Position numbers and translations under genes: made by a program. A stretch of 64,000 nucleotides of DNA from an uncultured virus (IMG/VR IMGVR_UViG_3300027754_000072) (lineage: Duplodnaviria; Heunggongvirae; Uroviricota; Caudoviricetes): the IMG/VR virus record IMGVR_UViG_3300027754_000072. The stretch is one strand, 5' to 3'. Shown here piece after piece: positions 58,349 through 64,000 of the stretch. Each line of letters opens with the position of its first letter. Position 1 is the stretch's first letter. A model generated the notes under the pieces. That model was not told the origin of the DNA and ran no database searches. It was given only the letters and a program-made list of their open reading frames with translations.

Positions 58349-59206
58349 TTGATAATTGGCACAAATTCTAAGTTTTTTGTGAATCAAAATAATTCCTTTG
58401 TTAAAGTTAATGACATATTAGGCCAGATAAACAAGAAAACTAATAATAAAGTATTAGATTTGCCTAATTTTACATTTGATGAATATTCTTTTAATTTAAA
58501 GTTTGAATCTAATAGCGAATACGATTTCATTAAAAAAATATGTGATAATTTTAATTCTATTCAAAACACTCTTAATATAGTCAACGCAAATTTATCGTTT
58601 TCTAAATTTATTGAAATACCAGATTCTAATTTTGTTATCGAATACAAAGAGAATTTGAAGAATTTTTTGAAAGTTAAAAATGTTTATGATATGAATTCTA
58701 AGAATTCTATGGATTATTATACTAATATTCTTCCTGCGTTAAATGGAATTACTATAGCAGATAATTTATTTTTAGATAATAGATTAGTTAAAGTTTTTGT
58801 CAAGCTAGTAGACTTGTTTTTAACAGTTCCTTTAACTTTTTTTGAAGATGACATGAATGAGTTTGTAAGAAAAAAATTCTTTTATGCTGGTGATTATTCT
58901 AAATATTCTAATGAAATAACATATTACTTTACCAGTAATTTCTGGCTCGCACCAGAATATATTAATATTGCTAAGTTTGTACATGGCATTTTAAGTTTTT
59001 GTTATGAATTTGTATTAAATGAAGATTATTTAAAATTTTATAATATTAACGGTGATAATGTTGATGTTTTTGGTTATGACTATTTTGATTTAGTTAATTG
59101 TTTGAACAATAATAATAAAAGTTCTTTGAAGAAGTATTTATATTTCACTTATAACTTCTTACCTGAATCATTAGTTAATGATATTGAAACATACATTAAA
59201 CATTAA
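58349..59206 (+). CDS. Degenerate phiEco32-type COOH-NH2 ligase-like protein
   Basis: IIGTNSKFFV (cf. IGADPEFF), RKKFFYAGDY (cf. RR.YG.AG.Y), YYFTSNFWL (cf. EYRTLSNFW). Confidence 0.45.
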   Translation: MIIGTNSKFFVNQNNSFVKVNDILGQINKKTNNKVLDLPNFTFDEYSFNLKFESNSEYDFIKKICDNFNSIQNTLNIVNANLSFSKFIEIPDSNFVIEYKENLKNFLKVKNVYDMNSKNSMDYYTNILPALNGITIADNLFLDNRLVKVFVKLVDLFLTVPLTFFEDDMNEFVRKKFFYAGDYSKYSNEITYYFTSNFWLAPEYINIAKFVHGILSFCYEFVLNEDYLKFYNINGDNVDVFGYDYFDLVNCLNNNNKSSLKKYLYFTYNFLPESLVNDIETYIKH

Positions 59207-59851
59207 TCAAACATTACAAGATTTACATGACCATTTTTGATTTAATGATTTTAATTTTTTTAATTGTAAAATTAAAAAATCACCATTTAAGTGGAATTTA
59301 TTTCTGCAATTGCTGCACCAAATAGCAGACTTGTTTTTACTTTTTGTTAATTGTTTTCTTTTTTTTACAAGTGATAAAATATTAAAGTTTTTAATAAAGT
59401 CTGTTGGTATCTCAGGTAATTCTTTGACTGGAATTAAATCTTCTATCCAAATATAATCTTCATTTGAATCTACATTACTAGGAGGAACTACAGATTGATG
59501 ATTAAATCCTCTTATTTCAAAGTTTTTAATTTGAATTCTTGATATATTTATGTGAGTGTTTTTAAACAAATGATGAAAAGATTTTTTACTTTTGTAAATA
59601 GGATGATTAATTGCTAAAAAATAATTATTAAGTATCTCATTGGCTTCTTCTGTATCTCCTTCTATATCAACGATGTTTCCAAGTAAAAATCCAATATTGT
59701 ATTTTTTATTAGAATTTAATAAGTCGCAATAGTTTTTATGATTGTATTTATTTTGCCATCCATAAAATATTGGCATTTTGGTATTTTGATGTAATAAAAT
59801 TGGTTGGTAACCAAAATCTAAATATTTTAAAAATGCTTCTTTTGTTTTCAT
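59207..59851 (-). CDS. Bifunctional primase-polymerase (Prim-Pol) N-terminal domain protein with C-terminal zinc ribbon
   Basis: GYQPILL...KMP...W, NIGFLLG.IVDIEGD, HHLF, EIRG...VVPPS; CSNC/CKSC. Confidence 0.75.
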   Translation of the reverse strand: MKTKEAFLKYLDFGYQPILLHQNTKMPIFYGWQNKYNHKNYCDLLNSNKKYNIGFLLGNIVDIEGDTEEANEILNNYFLAINHPIYKSKKSFHHLFKNTHINISRIQIKNFEIRGFNHQSVVPPSNVDSNEDYIWIEDLIPVKELPEIPTDFIKNFNILSLVKKRKQLTKSKNKSAIWCSNCRNKFHLNGDFLILQLKKLKSLNQKWSCKSCNV

Positions 59852-59895
59852 GAATTTCTTTTAATTTATAAAACTAAAAAAAACAATAGTAAAAT

Positions 59896-59925
59896 AAAAA
59901 AAGCAGTCTTGTAGGACTGCTTTTT
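59896..59925. terminator. Intrinsic terminator
   Basis: aaaaagcagtct-tgta-ggactgcttttt; closely resembles the terminator at 12219. Confidence 0.75.
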
Positions 59926-59956
59926 AAAACTTAATGTAATGTTTTAAGCATTACAA

Positions 59957-60979
59957 TTAATTATTGTTTCGTTGACTATAAAAGCTTTGAACATCTGCTG
60001 GGTTCATTTTACCAATAATATCAGCAATAACATGAGATTTTTCAGCTATATCAGACATAGTATCTATAAGGATTCTTGGTATTTTTTCATCCTTTAATTT
60101 ACTAAATAACACATCCATTTCTTGTTGTGTTCTTTGCAATTGCTGCATCAACATACCATCTGAATTTTCATTTACTTTTTTTGAGTAATTTACATTACCT
60201 TTTTCAGTAAAATGCTTTTTTGTTTTTTTACCAAAATTCTTTTTTGATTTTTTGATTTTTTTTGATTCGTTTACCATACCATCAAAATTTTTCTTAGTTA
60301 CACAAGAATTATCAAGCATATTAGCAACACTTTTTTGCCAATCTTTCATGGTAGGAATATGCTTTGGAATAGTATTTTCAGCTGCCATATAAGAACCACA
60401 TCCAGACGAATACTTTTTCATGTGTTTCATTGAGCCAGATTCGTTGTCAGAAGAATCCTTGTTCATGCGTTTCATGTGTTTCATGTATTTCATTGAACCA
60501 GATTCTTTTGGCATATTTTCAGCTGACATATAAGAACCACATCCAGAAGAATCTTTTTTCATGTATTTCATTGAACGAGATTCTTTGTCTTTTGGCATAT
60601 TTTCTACTTCTATGCCCATGTCACCTTCTTCATCATGGTCTTCATCGTCATGGTCTTCATCGTCATGGTCTTCATCGTCATGGTCTTCATCGTCATCATC
60701 GTAATCTTCATCATCTTCATCATCATCATCATCGTCTTCATCGTCATCATCGTAATCTTCATCGTCTTCATCGTCTTCTTCATCTTCATCATCTTCATCA
60801 TCTTCGATATCTTCATCATCTTCATCATCTTCATCATCATCTTCGATATCTTCTTCATCTTCCATGTAAGATTCCATTTTCTTATCCATCATAACTCCCA
60901 TGTTCTGAGGATTGGAAAGTCCAAGGTTGAAAGATAGCATGTTTTCGTTTAACTTTTTCCATTTATTGTAATTAAGCAT
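59957..60979 (-). CDS. Highly acidic protein with capsid-targeting-like N-terminus (possible scaffold/core protein)
   Basis: MLNYNKWKKLNE, long Asp/Glu tract with DEDHD repeats, repeated SMKYMK and SSGCGSYM. Confidence 0.65.
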   Translation of the reverse strand: MLNYNKWKKLNENMLSFNLGLSNPQNMGVMMDKKMESYMEDEEDIEDDDEDDEDDEDIEDDEDDEDEEDDEDDEDYDDDDEDDDDDDEDDEDYDDDDEDHDDEDHDDEDHDDEDHDEEGDMGIEVENMPKDKESRSMKYMKKDSSGCGSYMSAENMPKESGSMKYMKHMKRMNKDSSDNESGSMKHMKKYSSGCGSYMAAENTIPKHIPTMKDWQKSVANMLDNSCVTKKNFDGMVNESKKIKKSKKNFGKKTKKHFTEKGNVNYSKKVNENSDGMLMQQLQRTQQEMDVLFSKLKDEKIPRILIDTMSDIAEKSHVIADIIGKMNPADVQSFYSQRNNN

Positions 60980-61009
60980 AGTTTCTCCTAAAAAGGTTTA
61001 CCTTATATA

Positions 61010-61267
61010 TCAAATAAAGAATTTTTTATTATCTTTTTTATTATTATTTTTATTTAAATTTTTTTCCGACAATGCTTTTCGTATTATTTCTGCATTTTTA
61101 CTCAATTTGTTTTGATTTGCTGGCAAAGGAGTTTTTTGATCGGCTTTTTTATGTAACTCACTATAAATATTAGCTCTGCTAATTTTACTAGATATAACTT
61201 TATTTTTAGTAGGAGATGTGTTGAAGTTTTTTAATCTTGAGTTATTGTTGTTATTGCATCCACACAT
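61010..61267 (-). CDS. Small basic protein (MCGCN)
   Basis: 85 aa, Lys/Asn rich. Confidence 0.55.
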   Translation of the reverse strand: MCGCNNNNNSRLKNFNTSPTKNKVISSKISRANIYSELHKKADQKTPLPANQNKLSKNAEIIRKALSEKNLNKNNNKKDNKKFFI

Positions 61268-61287
61268 TTTTATCTTTCTAAAGTAAT

Positions 61288-61443
61288 TTATTTATTTCTT
61301 TTAATTCTTTTATTAACTACTTTTCTAATAATGTTTTTTCTTTGTTCGCTATCGCCTCCACATCCACATCCTTGAGGTGAAGGTGGTACAGGTAACGAAG
61401 GAGCAATTCTTTTTTTATTTCTTTTTTTATTAAACTTCTGCAT
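61288..61443 (-). CDS. Small basic protein with GCGCG motif (not in ORF track)
   Basis: MQKFNKKRNKKRIAPSLPVPPSPQGCGCGGDSEQRKNIIRKVVNKRIKRNK*; ATAAATA just upstream. Confidence 0.5.
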   Translation of the reverse strand: MQKFNKKRNKKRIAPSLPVPPSPQGCGCGGDSEQRKNIIRKVVNKRIKRNK

Positions 61444-61467
61444 GTAGTATTTATTGTCAATCAAATA

Positions 61468-61501
61468 AAAAAGAGCAATTATTTTAAATAATTGCTCTTT
61501 T
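61468..61501. terminator. Intrinsic terminator
   Basis: aaagagcaattatttt/aaaataattgctcttt perfect inverted repeat. Confidence 0.7.
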
Positions 61502-61516
61502 AAATAATTTTAAAAT

Positions 61517-61756
61517 TTATACAGTTGGTTCTTTTGGCAAAACAATGAAGCTTTTACAGCTTAATTTATTAGCTCTAGCATTACATGCTGATACAATAGC
61601 ACTTTTGTTTTCATAAAGAGTACAGTTTGTATCTTTTTTCCTAATTTTCGTTGGCGTTAAACCGCTAATTGTGGCAATTGCTTCGTAGTATTCTTTGCCC
61701 TTAACAGTTGTTTTGCGAACTTGAAACTTAATCGTATCTTTAACACAAGTCTTCAT
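61517..61756 (-). CDS. Hypothetical protein
   Basis: 79 aa, aggag RBS. Confidence 0.65.
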   Translation of the reverse strand: MKTCVKDTIKFQVRKTTVKGKEYYEAIATISGLTPTKIRKKDTNCTLYENKSAIVSACNARANKLSCKSFIVLPKEPTV

Positions 61757-61806
61757 AACGATACTCCTAAAAAAAGGTTATATTCAATTATAGACAATTA
61801 TTTATT

Positions 61807-62382
61807 TTACACAATAATATTTTTAGAATTTATAACTTCTCTTTTGTTTAAGGATTTAAATATTTTATTGTTAAAAAATGGAATTAACACTACTTTTCCC
61901 AAAGGTCTTTTGTTTTTTTCTTTAAAAGAACAAATAGCATTTACATAAGTTTTAACAAATAAATCTTTTTTAAAGTTTAATATTTTTTCAATGTTTAAAA
62001 ATTGAAACAATTCTTCAAAAAAAAAGTTTAAATAATGCTTAAATAATTTATCATCATTTATATTTTTTGTATTTATGAAAAACATTAAAGTTTCCCAGTT
62101 TACAGTTATAAATTTGTATTTATTTAAAATTATTATAATCGAATTGTAAAAAAAGGCTTTATTAATTTTAAGTATGGTTAAAAATTGTTTTATAGTAAAA
62201 ACTATAGTGTTTTTTTTGGAAAAATTATTAAATGTACAAAATTCACATTTATTTTTTTTAGTACAAAAATATGTTGGCTTGTAACTTATATCGCAGCAAA
62301 AACAAATAAAAAGCTTGTTTTTAATGAAAAATGAATTATTTTCAATTGTTTTAGGCACAAGAATAATTTGTTCTTTTGACAT
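61807..62382 (-). CDS. Hypothetical protein with N-terminal Cys cluster
   Basis: CFCC...FC...CEFC. Confidence 0.55.
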   Translation of the reverse strand: MSKEQIILVPKTIENNSFFIKNKLFICFCCDISYKPTYFCTKKNKCEFCTFNNFSKKNTIVFTIKQFLTILKINKAFFYNSIIIILNKYKFITVNWETLMFFINTKNINDDKLFKHYLNFFFEELFQFLNIEKILNFKKDLFVKTYVNAICSFKEKNKRPLGKVVLIPFFNNKIFKSLNKREVINSKNIIV

Positions 62383-62513
62383 TTTATTTAATAAAAATTT
62401 AAAACAAAACTATAAATAGATTAGAAACAATAGTTTATTTTATAACTATAATCTTTTAGTATAATTAAAACCTTATAAAACTAAAAGATAAATTTTTTAA
62501 AGAAGAGGTAAAA

Positions 62514-62750
62514 ATGTTAACATTTGAAGAATGGGTTCACAGAAGTAATCCCCTTTTAGCAGAAAAAACATCTAGGGCTGGTATTGCTCATTGGGCTTAT
62601 CCTCAAGGGTATGTAAGAGCACATTATCCTGCTAGTTATTTTACTCCTATAGCATCTGATGCTATACAAAAAATGGGTTCGACAGTTAAAGATACTGGTA
62701 TTGATGTTAAGAAATTTAATTATTCTCAATTCAATGACACCGAATCTTAA
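62514..62750 (+). CDS. Small protein with capsid-targeting-like N-terminus
   Basis: MLTFEEWVHRSNPLLAE; gaggt RBS. Confidence 0.65.
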   Translation: MLTFEEWVHRSNPLLAEKTSRAGIAHWAYPQGYVRAHYPASYFTPIASDAIQKMGSTVKDTGIDVKKFNYSQFNDTES

Positions 62751-62768
62751 CATTGAAATTTTACATTT

Positions 62769-62801
62769 AAAAAACTTGCATGTTAAGTGCAAGTTTTTTT
62801 T
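62769..62801. terminator. Bidirectional intrinsic terminator
   Basis: aaaaaacttgca-tgttaag-tgcaagtttttt between convergent genes. Confidence 0.75.
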
Positions 62802-62803
62802 AT

Positions 62804-63187
62804 TTAAAAAATAACATTTGAATATTCATCTTCAAAATCATCTTTATTTTCAACATTAATTACTATAAAATCTTGTATTCCTTTTAATCTAAGTTTATGA
62901 TCATGACTTAAAATGGATTCAATTGGCTTATTTATTAAATCTGGTACATTAGTCCAATAAGCCCATTGAGTATCAGAACTAGGATTTTGAAAAACCATAT
63001 TAAGCTTGTAATACTTATCAAGAATTTTTTCTACTTCTTCTTCTGAAATTCCAGCTTCTTTTGCTATAGCAGATACGCTTCTCCATTTCCACTTTTTATT
63101 TCTTGCTAAACTTTTAAATAATTTTTCTTCTATATCGCCTTGCATTGTACCTTTTGGGTAAACATCATACCAATTTGAAATATTCAT
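62804..63187 (-). CDS. Winged-HTH-like protein
   Basis: WRSVSAIAKEAGISEEEVEKILDKY. Confidence 0.6.
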   Translation of the reverse strand: MNISNWYDVYPKGTMQGDIEEKLFKSLARNKKWKWRSVSAIAKEAGISEEEVEKILDKYYKLNMVFQNPSSDTQWAYWTNVPDLINKPIESILSHDHKLRLKGIQDFIVINVENKDDFEDEYSNVIF

Positions 63188-63260
63188 ATAATTATCCTTT
63201 AAAAAATACTTAATGTTATTATAATAAATTGTTATATAAAAATATTGCTTAAAGGAAAAA

Positions 63261-63665
63261 ATGAAAAATAAAAAAAATGATTTTAGTGGAAAAGGAGTTT
63301 ATATATATGAGAACAATACGAATGCAGATTTAATGTTGCCAAAATTAAATATGGATAACAAAAAATTTGTTGGTCCTCATAAGATTTTTAAAGGAGATAG
63401 TTATTTCCTTAGATTAGTAAAAACAAATGAATTAAAACTAATTCAAGTTATTGATAATGGAGAAGAAAAACCTATGAATGAAAATAAATTAATTTTAGAT
63501 CAGCCTGATATTGTTAAATCCGCTGGTAAAATTGAACATGTGCAAACAAGTTCTAATGTTCCAATTAATGATTCAAAAAATAATTTAATTGATGATCCAG
63601 ATGAAAAAAAAGATATATTGTTAAATGAAAATCCTTCTGGAAGCATTGAAATTGTTATTAATTAA
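63261..63665 (+). CDS. Hypothetical protein
   Basis: 134 aa, aagga RBS. Confidence 0.65.
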   Translation: MKNKKNDFSGKGVYIYENNTNADLMLPKLNMDNKKFVGPHKIFKGDSYFLRLVKTNELKLIQVIDNGEEKPMNENKLILDQPDIVKSAGKIEHVQTSSNVPINDSKNNLIDDPDEKKDILLNENPSGSIEIVIN

Positions 63666-63999
63666 ATTTGTGTTTTGAAATTTCAAATTTTGTTAAAATA
63701 TAATTTTTAAATAAATTTATTTTCTTATATAATCTTTCGTGAAGATTGTAATATTCAACTTCATTGAAGTTTATCCAATTGTAATCTAAATGCTCTTCGC
63801 TTAGAGTACAGTGAAATTTATTTTTAACTAACATTACATATGTAACAAAATACCTGTTTTTGGTAAAATCAGGAAACTTTCCAATTTCTATGCCTTTAGG
63901 AAGAAATCCAATTTCTTCCTTGGTTTCTCTGCAAGCTGTATCCCAGCTGCTTTCTTTATTTTCTTCTTTTCCTCCTGGTATGCTCCAAATTTTATTTCT
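63658..63999 (-). CDS. NUDIX hydrolase (5'-truncated at window edge; not in ORF track)
   Basis: Minus frame reads WSIPGGKEENKESSWDTACRETKEEIG (Nudix box)...LSEEHLDYNW. Confidence 0.88.
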   Translation of the reverse strand, partial: RNKIWSIPGGKEENKESSWDTACRETKEEIGFLPKGIEIGKFPDFTKNRYFVTYVMLVKNKFHCTLSEEHLDYNWINFNEVEYYNLHERLYKKINLFKNYILTKFEISKHKFN

Positions 64000-64000
64000 T

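Noticed and set aside
60430..60937. His-rich, Met/Lys-rich and Ile/Phe-rich ORFs
   Set aside because: Off-frame or antisense translations of the GAT/GAA acidic tract.
1..64000. Stop-codon reassignment as seen in some large phages
   Set aside because: Conserved genes are full length in code 11, and TAG and TGA both end genes at sensible positions.

Overview
AT-rich segment of a large T4-like (contractile-tailed, probably jumbo) phage genome read in the standard code. It carries replication/recombination genes (UvsY-like mediator, DnaB/gp41 helicase, divergent PolA-like protein, UvsW-like helicase with a class 3 intein, Mre11/Rad50, resolvase, Prim-Pol), nucleotide metabolism (class II-type RNR, CTP synthase, NUDIX), three sigma-like proteins, a tail module (sheath, two tubes, terminator, baseplate-hub/tail chaperone with a predicted -1 frameshift), many glycan-modifying enzymes, and a large family of proteins that begin with a T4 internal-protein-like capsid-targeting peptide. 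The standout is a compact promoter-tRNA-mom unit at 9972-10821. A tRNA-Gly(UCC) that keeps every GlyRS identity element but has lost the conserved D-loop, T-loop, U8 and U33 features and has a weak EF-Tu T-stem lies 13 nt upstream of a Mom-family DNA adenine hypermodification gene. This suggests a phage-encoded, non-proteinogenic glycyl-donor tRNA dedicated to DNA modification. All calls are from motif recognition by eye; no searches or folding programs were run.
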